From Tubiluchus corallicola (lineage: Eukaryota > Animalia > Priapulida): a stretch of DNA of 64,000 nt. Under the pieces are notes generated by a model. That model was given only the letters and a program-made list of their open reading frames with translations, did no database searches and was not told the DNA's origin. The stretch is taken from the NCBI GenBank assembly GCA_030141605.1, contig JAQGDQ010000357.1:124001-188000 (forward strand), in the 5' to 3' direction. The position numbers were made by a program, and so were the translations under genes. Of this stretch, positions 50,690 through 62,889 are shown one piece after another; within the stretch, counting starts at the first letter, position 1; every line of letters begins with the position of its first letter.

Positions 50690-50945
50690 TTACACTACTA
50701 CCACTCGTAGCCACGTATATATTAAAAGACACTCAAATGAATTCATACCACCCGCAACAAGAATAAACGCCAAGCTGCCAATATTCTTTTTACGCTGGGA
50801 GCAGCGAGAATGTCAAGCTCCCACCTAACACTAGGGCAATAACCTCAAAAGAAGAAACTTTTATGACTACATGACATCCCCAGTGAATAGGAACTTAACC
50901 GAGAGTGTCGCCTCAAGTGTCGCAGGCCTCTAACCACATACAAAG
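50690..50945 (-). mobile_element. Degenerate tRNA-derived SINE
   Basis: The minus strand starts tgtggttagaggcctgcgac (A-box-like), followed by ctcggttaagttcc (B-box-like) and a GC-richer body. Confidence 0.4.
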
Positions 50946-52292
50946 TTTTAACCTGTACCTAAATATACAGTTTACACTATCAGTTTTTAAACTGAGAAAC
51001 TAAAACTGAAAAAAAACTGTCAGTCGACATTCTTAGACGACATTAAACTTCACTCCGTCAAAGTCTGGTAACAACTGCACAGCAAGGTGTGTCAGTCAAA
51101 GTTTGGATGAAAAAATGACTACAACGATAATATATATATATACATGTATGTAAACGAATCCAACACATTTATTTAACACAAGAAATGTGACGCTAATCAA
51201 ACAGTCCATCATGACTACTATACGAGCAGTTAAACATATGAAATATGAAGAATAAACCATTTTATGCAGCATTGTAAAGAACATAAACATGCACATTTTA
51301 TACTAATTATCAAATATGTACCTACTTTACTACTACACAAAAGGAGACAGCAACTGTAAAGAACCAATTAAGAAAATTTTAAAAATAATAAAATTAATAG
51401 TTAAGAGACAAAACAAGAAATAAAACATGGTCAACCATAATTTTTTGTGAGTTACTTTAAAGCACAAGAAAATACCATTCAAATTAAGGTTAAAAAATCT
51501 TCTTGAATTTTTATATCACTCACATGTCATCTTATTAGGAGCAACACTGTAAAAAACTTGTAAATTTAAACTGCTGCGATCGATACGAGATTACATAAGA
51601 TTGCGAAGTTTGAAAAAATAATCAGAATTTCTGTAGCACAAACTAAGGAAAAATTTAAATTACACTATACTGTCAGTAAAAGAGCGCGATGAAATATTTT
51701 TGGTGAGCCAGTGATGCACAAGCTAATATTTGTGTATTTCAAGTCTGTTTTTTACCAACTTACCTACCTAACTACTATAAATATAGATGTTTCAAATTTT
51801 TATTACTGTAACTTTCTGATCAACTTTGTTTATTTGATTGCTTGGCCTTGACTTTTGTTCCGATTTTAGATGAGAGAAGCATGAAGTAGCAAAGAATGTA
51901 CCAAAAAGGTGATGAAACCCATATTTGTGTTCGAAAATATCCAAAACTATCCTGACGTTAACCTTTGCAAATTCGAACCATCCAATTTACGTACGACAGG
52001 CTTACTGTAGAGTAACTGGCGCTATTGTTCAGCGTGCTATGTGTCAGACAGATTACTAGTTTAGGTAATACAGTTAATAAATACAGCACCGAAATAGAAA
52101 AAACACAAACTTTTAAATTGTTAACGAATTTTGCAAATTGTTATATTTGCATGTATGGTGAAGTGTATCCGCAATTTCGGAAACTAAACTAGCAGTAAAC
52201 TGCAAAAGTCATTTAAAACTTTAAATCTACATAAAAACATAGAATAGTAATTAAAAAGATCAGTTCAAATAAAAATTAACACCATTACGTAC

Positions 52293-52644
52293 AAAAAAAC
52301 AAAACAATGATTTCTCTTATATGCTTTAGCACAATATATATTTTTTGGTTAATGATGTGAGCACTATAAAAATGATGTAATCAAGGCCAATGCGCATAAC
52401 TATCGATAGTAGTTATCATAGTACTTACAGAGACCTTGTTTTCAGTGAGTTTAGAGCACTGATACAAGTAAGTCTCATATCAAAAAAGAAAACAATGATT
52501 TATCTAATATGTTTTAGCCCAATATATCATTTTAGTTAATGATGTGAGCACTGTAAAATGTAACCAAGGCCATTGCGCATAACTATCGATAACTTAGCAC
52601 TTACAGACACTCCTTGTTATCGGCGAGTTTAGCGCACTGATACA
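52293..52644. repeat. Diverged tandem duplication of about 188 bp
   Basis: aaaacaatgattt...gttaatgatgtgagcact...gcgcataactatcgata...gcactgataca occurs twice. Confidence 0.9.
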
Positions 52645-52963
52645 GGCAAACCCCCTTATTTTAAATCTTCATATAGCACAGCGTAAACGGGGATTCCCGT
52701 TTTAAGACACTTAAGTAATGGAGACATCGAGAAACGTAGCCGCTCATGTGCTTCACAAACGCCAAGGTAAACGTGTCGGCATGTTATATTAAAACATGGC
52801 AAACAGGCAAACCCCCTTATTTTAAATCTTCATATAGCACAGCGTAAACGGGGATTCCCGTTTTAAGACACTTAAGTAATGGAGACATCGAGAAACGTAG
52901 CCGCTCATGTGCCTCACAAACGCCAGGGTAAACGTGTGGGCATGTTATATTAAAACATGGCAA
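52642..52963. repeat. 161-bp near-identical tandem duplication
   Basis: acaggcaaacccccttatttt...aaacatggcaa at 52642 and 52803, each with the hairpin aaacggggattcccgttt. Confidence 0.95.
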
Positions 52964-55339
52964 ATATACAGCGAAAGTTAATGTATTGGCCACAGGCAAT
53001 GTATAAAATTGAGACATTGTATAAAAGTCCCAGGAATTTCACATACGTTTTGAGAAAAGTGTACGAATAAATATTCGTGCTGCAGCACTTTCACACTTTA
53101 CTTAGACGTTTTGCATACTAGCTAGCATCTATACACTATGCGAAATGTGGCTTTGGCGAAGTATAAAATGTACATATTTGTTGAATCGAATTTTTCCCAG
53201 GCATTTTGCACATAACCTAGACATTAATACAGAATGCGTAAGATTGCTTAGTAAATCTATTAAATTAAGCAAGGGGTAAACGGGTTAGTTAAATTGGTAT
53301 CCAAAAAACTTTTATAGAAACTAAAAATATAATTGAGTGCTAACAAGAATATAATACAGTAGTCAATTTTAGACTAATTATGGGATTGCACAATCGATAT
53401 ATGTGTATCATAAAGTGTCAAAAAGTTAACTTTCTCGCACGATTACGATCGCTATGATTGACTGTTTGACAACCATAACTTAGAGGAGGCTGCTTTTTCG
53501 CCCTGCCGTTACAGTCATTTACGTGATTAATTAATTACTGATACTTTTCGTCACAAAGAAAAACGGCGTTGATTGCTTAAGTTGCCTGGCCCTTTCTAAA
53601 TTCAGTGCAAATCGTTCTTTCATTTTGAGCACGAAGTAGTTAGGTGTTTCTGAATCCATCCTGTATAAAACAGAGCTAAAATTAAAGTCCGAATGTCCCT
53701 GGATCTGGCACGTCATTTTTTATCATGAGTTTCCATAAGAAAATCGAGGGAAATACTGTCTACCGTTTTTCTTTCGTGAAAAATTCAAATATGTATCATT
53801 GCGACAGATCTCCATTCCTACATTAGAATGAAAGAAATTCCAACCACGTAACAATAGCATGCGCCAAATACATTTAATGTGTGTGATTTATCTAACAGCC
53901 ATACTTGATGGCCGTAGTGGGAAAATGACAAATCAGGCTCCGTTACGGTAAGCGCAAGTATATTCATGCAAAATCTCAATTTCCCAAAAATGAAATAAGT
54001 GCCCTATGACATCTTTCACCGATAAATGTGACAACAACAACATGACAAGCTAAAAGGATCACACACTTTGTACACGTGCAAAACATCAACTAATTTACAG
54101 CAGCCAGCAGCTGTGAATGAAACAGTATTGTAATCTGAACATTTGCTTGATATGCTTAGTTACCTACCTTATGCCAATTATATTTTAGGGAATGCGTAAA
54201 ATAAATCATGTTTGATAAATCATGCTTGGAAATTTGTATTGTACATACATTTGTTCATTCGCTCACTGGCCTTTTCTTGTGTCACAGAAGTTAAGTTCAG
54301 CACAATTATGTAGCGAAGCATCATGTGTCCATCTGAACATCTGCACAGTGAGCACACCCATGGATTTGTCTTCTGTGGAGCAGACGTTGATGGCTCAGGA
54401 AATTAAGCATGAAAGATTTGAGAGTTGTTGGAGACACAGTTGAGCTTACTGAATATTGATCTTTCTCTTTTGCCATTTTTCTTCTCCTGTCTATTTGGTT
54501 TTCAAATGAGACATTTTCACTATGGATGATTCTATGCTAGTTGGAATGATGCTGGCTTTAGTTTTCCAACATTTCAATTATGAATGGATTTCAACTGGTC
54601 TTTGTATCAATGAAGAGGACATCCACATGGTCTTTTGCCAATTTGTTTACTGAAGAGAATTTTATGAGGAACCTGGTTTCTTGCATTCTGATGACGTCGT
54701 ATCCAACGAAGACAGTCACTGAAAATATTTCATAATGGTGGGCACAATGCTTTGCCTGTTTGCCATTTCAAGGACAGCAGTGCTGGTCACGTACTTACTA
54801 GTCACATTTAATAATGTTCTAGGATGAAGCGAAGCTTTTGCTGATGGAACTTCTTAAGGTCGCGATAGTAAAGAGTCTAAGTTTTGCGGCTGCAAAGCAA
54901 GGCTGAGATGATGCAGCTTGATAAAACGCGAGTTTCATTTTTGATGTATTCCGCTTCTTATTCAGAAGTGCATTATTTGGAGAGCAGGCTTCCCATGTGT
55001 GGCAATAATCCACCTAGTCAAGGGTCTTGTCAGAGATGGCGATGTTAAATCAATTGCTAATAAAACAACCAACTCACTGACTTACTTGAACTGTATGTTT
55101 AATTTAATACATTGACTAATACTAAGTTGATTCATGTATTCTGCGCAATGTCTGGTAATGTACAAAACATTTAGGAAAAGTTAAGATTAAAGACAAATTA
55201 TTTTTATTTTACAATTTGCACCTTCTATACAAATCCTAGCGATTGCACAAAATGCCTAGGTAAAGTGTGAAAATGTCATAGCAAAAACATTACATATATT
55301 TCATACTTTTCTTGAAATGCATGCATATATATATATATA

Positions 55340-55745
55340 GCGTCATGAAACTTTACAAGAATGAATTTCATCGATGGTGTCAAATTTTCGATTTGCCATT
55401 TTGAATTCAAGATGGCAGTGAAAATACCAATTTCGAAAAAGCCTAACACTCTGCTAGTTTATAATGAATCATCGTAAAACTTTACACCAATGCACTAGAA
55501 TGAATACTACGTCGACTGACAAAGTCGGATTTTCGATCTGCCATTTCAATTCAAGGTACTCCCCAGAGATAACTTGTTTTCAAAAAAATGCCTAAGGCTA
55601 TGTCAATTCATAAAGGATCATCATGAAACTTTATAGAAGTAAACTGTATTGACCCTGATTGGTGGAGTCGAATTTTTAAACTGCCACCTCTCGAATTCTA
55701 GATGACAGCAATAACATCATTTTCAAGAAAAGCCTACGGCTCTGA
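55340..55745. repeat. Three diverged tandem units of about 130-150 bp, likely internal repeats of a non-autonomous element
   Basis: cat(g/cgta)aaacttta ... tttcgat(t/c)tgcca ... aattcaag ... aaaa(a)gccta recurs near 55343, 55470 and 55620. Confidence 0.7.
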
Positions 55746-57270
55746 ACATTTTATTTAAATCCATAAAAAGATGGCTGCCAGTATACATATTTTTTTATTT
55801 TATTAACAGTATAGCTTATTTATGCCAAGTTCGAAGGCAACTGACAAAACACGCAAAAATTTTCATATATAAAACATTAGTAGTGCCTAACTTTTCATAT
55901 GGTTGCATGTTACCAGAAAATGTCAAAGCTGAATATTTTTCAAAATTAAGAGCGCTTTAAAACAATGCACTGACTGATTTCTGGCTATTCCTATAAAGTG
56001 TCACAAAAGGAACTATTAGGTAACAGTAAGAATTTCAATGAAAACTTACGTATTAGAAAACCGGTGAAACTATCACACTTTAATAGTCTTAAATAATAAA
56101 ATACGTTAATGGTCTCAAACTCCCCTTTGAAAATAACAAACTTCCTTGCTTGTCAATAAATTTAAACAAACAATAAATTTGATAATAATTCAATAGGCAA
56201 GCAAGCAATTTGTCTAGGGAAATTCCTCCCATCTACTATTAAACAATTAGAATCACTGGCTATTTTAAAAAAAATGAAACAATACAACTAAATAGATTTC
56301 AAAAACCAACTCATGTAAATGATTTAATTCAAATTTTGTATATCTGCAATAATTGAATGAGAATCTCTATATTACAGTACGTGTCAGGAGTCCTTAATTA
56401 AAAATTTGCAATTCCTAATTTGTAAATTGCAAATCTGCAATCTATAGTGTATAAGTAATTTTTGTCTGTACCCAGATATTGTAATATGTAGGCAAATAAT
56501 ATTATATAATGCACATACTAATCCAACAGGAACAAAATCATTAAGCCAATTAGCTACAACAAACAGAGTTTTCTACTAATAATATGCTAAACTGCCCGAG
56601 AAAGCGAAATATTGTTTATGACCAGGCATTGGGCTGCCTATGTGTGTCACAACATTACCTGCTTTATACAATTTCGTGCTGTATTGGACCAAACCAACCG
56701 TTGGTTGCGGAGCTAACCAACGCATTCACGTGCCGACCTCGCTAATTTTAAAACATTTTGTTGCAATGGTGTAACATTTCTAGTTACAGAGGGGGCACAA
56801 GGTTCACACGTAAGTGATTAGGTATTTTACACGCCACAACTCACTGTCAAATCTACCACGTATTATACAGTATCCCAAGCCATTACGCAGAACTACGCAA
56901 TGAATAACTTCTCGTAATTCGATTCAAAGTTCAAATTTCGAAATTCAAGAAGTCTTCTTACCTACGCTAGGTCTGGTTCTGGTCTAGTGAATGTAATGTC
57001 GGTATAGTACATAGCAAAACAATAAAGTCTGACAAAGTGACAAAACAGATTAAAAATCCTAGTCAATTCTTACACTATCAGTGTGAGCATCAAAATCGCA
57101 CTGCAAAAAGCTAATTCGGTCAGCTTTTTGGTTACAGCTGTGTTGCAAAATAAATAAATAACTTCAAAACGACGAAACAGTTAAAACAGCTACCTCAATA
57201 TCTTATCGCTAATTTGATACCTATCTATTTGCTAACTAAAAAATCTACATAGTGTAAATTTCCTGCTTAC

Positions 57271-57520
57271 CTTTAAACGTTTTACCGCTAAAAAAACTTT
57301 AGTACACTACAGGAACTGGCCGCATTGAACTGTCATCCAACTCTAACTTCCGCCATAACCGCTGAAACATTAAAGGTAATTGACACAGGATGTGTGTCAA
57401 GGGGCCACGGGCTGTGTACAGACGGCACAGTCCAAAAATATTGGGAAGAATAGTCACGTGATCCGAGCATCTACAGTACTGCGACGTTGCTGCCTAGATG
57501 GGGGTAGCTCTAGGTGAGCG
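57271..57520. promoter_or_regulatory. Candidate bidirectional promoter with two divergent first exons
   Basis: Locally GC/CpG-richer. Minus strand: ATGGCGGAAGT (YY1/ETS-like, about 57346-57356) and an AAG|GTAAGC donor at 57270. E-box GTCACGTGA at 57453. Plus strand: AG|GTGAGC donor near 57513. Confidence 0.5.
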
Positions 57521-57766
57521 ATGCGCATATTTAAATCTGTTGACCGTTTCATAACAAAAGCGAATTATCAACCAAAAAGTTTTAGTTAGCTTAGAGATAC
57601 AAGAAACAGTCGCACATGATTTTGAAACAGCCACATCGTCGGCAGGATTGTGGCCATCTAATACCGAGCAACTGCGAGTTGTTTCACTTGTTTGACCTAC
57701 TTAAGTTGTACAATCTTTTTACTGGTAAAAAGAAGTTTTATTAAGAAGTACAGGTCCATTACCATC

Positions 57767-58570
57767 GGGGCGTCGAACCAATTATCAATGTGATGTGCAA
57801 ACATTTCCAAAGACAGTACGTTTCGACGCAAGCTTTTGGAGAGGTTATTTTGGACAAAAAGTCATTGCTCTTTTGTAATAATTGTACAGTGATAATTTGG
57901 GCACAAGGTATTTCGGACACAGGCTATTTCAGTGGTTCCCAAACTAGGGGTAAATTACCCACCGGGGGTAATATGGTTTTTTTGGGGGGGGGGGGGGGGG
58001 TAACGGGCACCCCTCTGAAAATTTTTAAAACTTCGCTCGGAATGCATTTTACGTAGTTTTCTTCTTGAAGAGACTGCCTCCGGCCTCCGGTAATACTTGT
58101 TTTGGCAACAATACAACAACAACACCTGGAAATTTATTTATGTCACGAGCAAACATAAATAATTTTGCTTGCTTGTGGCATATACGTGTGTTTACTTTTT
58201 GAGTTGGAGAAGTAGTACTAGGTGGGGGATAATGGACAAGACCGGGTTTCCTGATTTGGGTAACGGTCCGAGAAAGTTTGGGAACCACTGGGCTATTTGG
58301 TCGTATAGGTAATATGGACACACGGTGATTTGGACATATAGATCATTTGGATATACAGGCCCTATGGACACTACAGGAATATTGGTCACGTAGGATGTTT
58401 GGAAAGAAACAAGTGTTTTGGACACATATAGGGTATTTAGACACACAGGTCATTTGGACACATGGGTCATTTTCCACAAGGATTGGCCAAAAACACCTAA
58501 TGTGTTTGAATGACGTATGTGTCCAAAATGTTTGAGTTGAAAAGGCTCGTGTTTAAAACCTTACAACCGA
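57767..58570. mobile_element. Non-autonomous element built from 15-16-bp ggtcatttggacac-type repeats, interrupted by a hAT MITE
   Basis: Repeated (t)tggacac units lie on both sides of the 57930-58290 insertion and are inverted (gtgtccaa) near 58520. Ends are approximate. Confidence 0.5.
57930..58290. mobile_element. Non-autonomous hAT (Charlie-type) MITE
   Basis: Perfect 16-bp TIRs CAGTGGTTCCCAAACT / AGTTTGGGAACCACTG and a perfect 8-bp TSD GGCTATTT on both sides. Confidence 0.95.
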
Positions 58571-59337
58571 CGCTCATGTAGTGTACGTATGGCCATAGAG
58601 TCTTGCATACCTTTTTCATCTGCTGAGGGTCGACCCTATCATCTTATCTGATGTTCGATGTATTTTCAATATTATCTTTGTATTTCTTTTATAATATTTG
58701 CATCTGACTTATGTCATATTCAATCTTATATAAAATAGATCATTTATCCGACAATTATCTGACAATCCTGCTGAAGAAAGTCTTTTCATCAGGGATAATA
58801 ACGCTTGATAAAACATAATCATTTATTTCCACGTAATTACTATTCTGTTCTTGTTTATTAGATCATGACTCTGTTTCAATTATTAAAGTAATAACTGAAT
58901 CCCAATAGTGGTGGATTGTGCTGAATTACCTGTGTTGACAGTGATTCACGTGTACCTGTGATTCTGTCAGTGCCTGAATAGCCTGTTTGTCGATGGATTC
59001 ACTGGACTGTTATCCAAATGTTCTGTTCGATTTTTTTGAACAAGGCGTTTATAGTTAAACAATTGATACAAAAAGACTTGATGACAGTCATCTAATCGTT
59101 CGTAGCTCTTCGTATAGATTAGATACTTGCAATGAAATCTTTATCGCACAGTAGTACACATATGTATATCAAATTCGTAGATTGTATCTCGCAATATTCT
59201 ATCTCGTTGTTTATTAGGATGTTTAATCGCTACTGCTTGTCTATGTATTTGCAAAAAAAGAAAATTGTCATTGCTCAAATTATACAGTAAAATGTAGTTT
59301 GATAAATTAGTGTCATAATAAATAATAAATCGTAACG

Positions 59338-60657
59338 ATGGACTTATATGAAGAGGGCCTGGCTGATATAGGTTGCCTACCGTAGGGATCCATGAGCGTT
59401 TCCGACTTGTGTGTTGATAATTAAAATACAGTTAATCTGATATCACTACTGCATAATTTGATATATAACGTGTATGTTCCACGTTACATGTTACATTCAT
59501 GTCGTCCACAGGTATCCAAAATGTCAAAGTTCATCGTTGATTTCACAGCATCCGCGTTACAGAAAAATAAAAGAAAGTTTCACTTACTGGGTATTCGTTT
59601 TTAGCTGTTGATTGATGCTTCTGGTAATGTAATGATTCATATCATTCATAGATATGACGCATGGCAAGATCATATAGTGCAATTATTTATTTTTATGTAA
59701 ATCTTATGTTTTTGTTTACAAGTGTGAGTACGGTTCACATCGATAGCTGTACGATACCCTTATCTAAGGACCACAACGTACATAGTGTTACACACACACC
59801 TAATCACATTGAAATGCGCGTATTACATATACATACAGCACTCGTTGCATTACACTTACATAGCACTCGGTGCATTAACTAAACGTGGACCTAGTTTTGT
59901 GACAGTGTCTAGCACTCTAAAGCGCCATGGCAGGCTTCTTGAACAACTTGGTGGAAATGAGAGGTAGCGCCATGATTTTTGGGAAGGAACTTCTCTTCAG
60001 TGAATTGGTCACATGGCTAACTCAGCTGTTGGCTCGGGAGCACCCACCAGCGCATAAGTAAAGCTTTGTTAAAGTATCGTATAACTCCGATCTAAATTGT
60101 AAACTTGGTTATAATAAAACTTTCATCATTTAAACTTAATATCGAGTTGCTTTAATATTCAAAGAGTTACTAAAAGCACATACTCGTTAAGACACTAATT
60201 GCTTAAAAGAACTTGGTATATTCACACTGAAAAGCTTATTGCGGAAGCCAGCTTGATAACTCGAGAGACAAAGATTTGTACTCACAACGCAATATTTCGT
60301 GGTTTCAGTTGTGTGGGACATTATCATAGCCCTATCAACTTGACCTAAGCTCTCGGAGTCGGGCAGTTAATCAGATACGAAATTAATTGTCTTTAAGCAT
60401 TCAAGAGTGTGAATGAGTCATTCAATTAATCGATAAGTTGTTTGTGAAAAAAGACAAGCGACAAGACAATTGTGCTGCTTTGAATAAAGATTTTATTGCC
60501 TCCCCGATGACACTCTTCGCAAGTATTCTTGTTAATGACTCCGTATCTTTTATTCCACAAACAGGATCCCTTTGATCTCATCACTCTACTTGATCAGATT
60601 GGACAGGAACCTAATGTCGCCGAAGTTGTATATTGCGTAATGTCTTTACGAGCAACA
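59338..60657 (+). CDS. 5' exons of an unidentified plus-strand gene (partial)
   Basis: Phase-compatible exons 59338-59381 (MDLYEEGLADIGCLP), 59512-59590 (YPKCQSSSLISQHPRYRKIKESFTYW) and 60565-60657 (DPFDLITLLDQIGQEPNVAEVVYCVMSLRAT; acag acceptor, GTAAGT donor). The third exon is the best supported. Confidence 0.5.
59748..60161 (+). mobile_element. Possible solo LTR
   Basis: TG...CA bounded segment of about 410 bp, GC-richer than its flanks, with AATAAA about 45 nt before the end. No TSD found. Confidence 0.3.
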
Positions 60658-62749
60658 GTAAGTTGTCGGTCTCCGTCTGGTTAAATGCTTCTAAATTGTA
60701 TTTTTACAGCTTTGTTTTTTCTCACGTGGAATCTTCTGATGAATGTCTACTACGTTTTAGCTTTTATGTTTTGGTTCAGTGACCTGATCCTGTCCCCTGT
60801 GGTTAGAAAAATAAGAGTACTCGAATCACCCAATGGTTAAGAGTACTAAATATTCCTGGAATCAGTAAAACCTAAGCTTAAATTAAAGTAAAGTTTGGTC
60901 TGACTGCACAAAGTTGTGGTTTTTCTGATAAAAGAGAAAACAATTTTTATTAAAGCATTAAAGATACAAACAGTTAAAAATGTCACATTTCATAACTTAA
61001 AGCTTTTAGTAAAGGGTGTTTTCTTTTTATAATACTGTGCGGTGGTGTATCAATTGGCTTTATAAAAGAGACTATTTTCACCCACTCTTTCTAGTCAAAC
61101 TATTTGGCTTTATTTTGTTATTATGGAAAACCCCTATAAGAAAAAAAGCAAAATGTAAACTCTAACAATGACGTTTGACTAAATTTATCAGCTTTTATTG
61201 GAACCTAGTTCGCGGTGAAGGTGAAGAAAAGAATATTTCAAAGTAGATTAGCATACAGTAATTGTGATTTTTCAGTGTACTCGAGTGCGTAATTGAATAT
61301 TTGTGCCTGCGTAATGTTTAAACTAATAAACAAAACACAAATTCGAATTTAAATCAAAAGATGTCAGATCATGAACTTTGTTAATCATTAAACTCAAGGT
61401 GGTTCATCAAAAAACAAAGAAATCGAATGCAATGATCAAACAATAAGAATAAAGAAAATGCACTTCGGCTACTTCAAGACAGAATTTAAATTGCAACCCA
61501 GTTTAATTTTTTTATTGCAAATTGGAGTGCCTAGAAGAATAACGGTATTCCAAAGGATAAAGGCCTTTTACCAGTATTACACATTAGTGTAATGAGACGA
61601 TATGATGAATAGTGGTTGTCTGACAGAAAGATAAAACACAGAAAGAAATAAGTTGGAAAATAAAACGCTCAGGCAAATAAGATGGGGTGATAGAACATTT
61701 CGTGCTGAACTTAGATTAGGAGTAAGCATCCCCCCCATCAGAAAACCATTTCGAAACGAGTCGAACTTTTGACGATTCAAATTAAGATAGCATGTTAGGG
61801 ATACAAAATTTCAAGGTGAATTGTTTAAAGTTGATGTGTGAATTCTGTTTTTTCATGTTCTTTGATGTAAGATAGAAAGTGGTAACTACTTTTAATGTTA
61901 GTGACATGGTGTCAACGGGGGCGCTTATTGCGCAAGAATGGCGCATTAAATTCTCTCCTTCATTTAATAGCCAAAGAGCCCCCGTATTGAAATTTTCAGT
62001 TTTGTTGAAAATGGTGTAATATCAGTTTAGAAAGTTAATGTTAAATTTCTTAATATTTTATGAGGTAAATTTTGCTAGCGGTATTTTTGTCGGAAATTTT
62101 TAGTGTTACTGAATTTAAAATGCTATTGTAAAACGCATAAAGAAGTATGTATAGCTGCATCGGCCATTGTTATTAATATATTGTACTGGTAATATAAATT
62201 CAAGTTAAAATTGTAATATAGTGAGGCATAAAAGATTGGTGATTGCCTATTACTTTTTGATCTTCTTTCAAATTTTTCGTGTTTGTTTTTAATGTTGTTA
62301 ATTTATGTAGTATTGTACAATAAATAAATCTAATCCAATCTGCTTAGGCATGGCACAGTTAGGTATATTTTGTTTTTGCTTGTGCTGTCACTTTTTTTAC
62401 TTAAATTACATTATATGCCTGTAATCTAACAAAACTAGTATTAATTAATGTTTAGTAATCTTGATTATAGTTTTAAATATTATTTACACCTACACTAGTA
62501 AACTATAAGAAAAGATCAAAATGTACTATCCTAAAAAATTCACAATACCCACCAATTGACACGATTTCAACAAACCAGCAAATATAGAATTCATTTTCCC
62601 AAAATCATAAATAGTTTTATACTCAGTCCTTTTTTGTGCAGTGATTAGAGTTGACTTTTGATTATGTTAAGCATTATGTTCTTTACTCGTTTATGCTCTG
62701 TACGTTATGCATTTTGGTTATATTAATTATAGTCTTAGGATAGTCTATT

Positions 62750-62889
62750 GCCACTATCAGCCCAGCCCTAACTCTGACTCACTGGTATGCTTTTTCCATC
62801 CATGGACGCAACTTACAATTACATACATTGTACCCCTGTGCATGTTTTGTTTTACTGTCGGTGAATAAAGATTTTATCTATCTATCTAT
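62750..62889 (+). mobile_element. 3' tail remnant of a non-LTR retroelement
   Basis: AATAAA followed by an (ATCT)n tail. A similar tail (aataaataaatctaatccaatct) ends at about 62341. Confidence 0.4.

Larger units (their letters stand above)
49477..54370 (-). pseudogene. Candidate decayed exons of the senataxin N-terminal domain
   Basis: Four ordered fragments (about 54360-54168, 53671-53518, 50366-50332, 49548-49477) resemble the SETX N-terminus as recalled, but carry stops, frameshifts or missing acceptors. Confidence 0.5.

Noticed and set aside
52642-53290. Helitron
   Set aside because: A hairpin is present in the tandem unit, but there is no convincing 3' hairpin-CTRR terminus and no Rep/helicase remnant.
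54440-55140. Exon-like segments with splice sites as intact coding exons
   Set aside because: Every frame tested hits stops and no phase-consistent chain to the main ORF was found. They may be 5'UTR or decayed sequence.
57830-58530. CRISPR-like array of ggacac repeats
   Set aside because: Eukaryotic context, degenerate 15-16-bp units with no unique spacers, and no cas genes.
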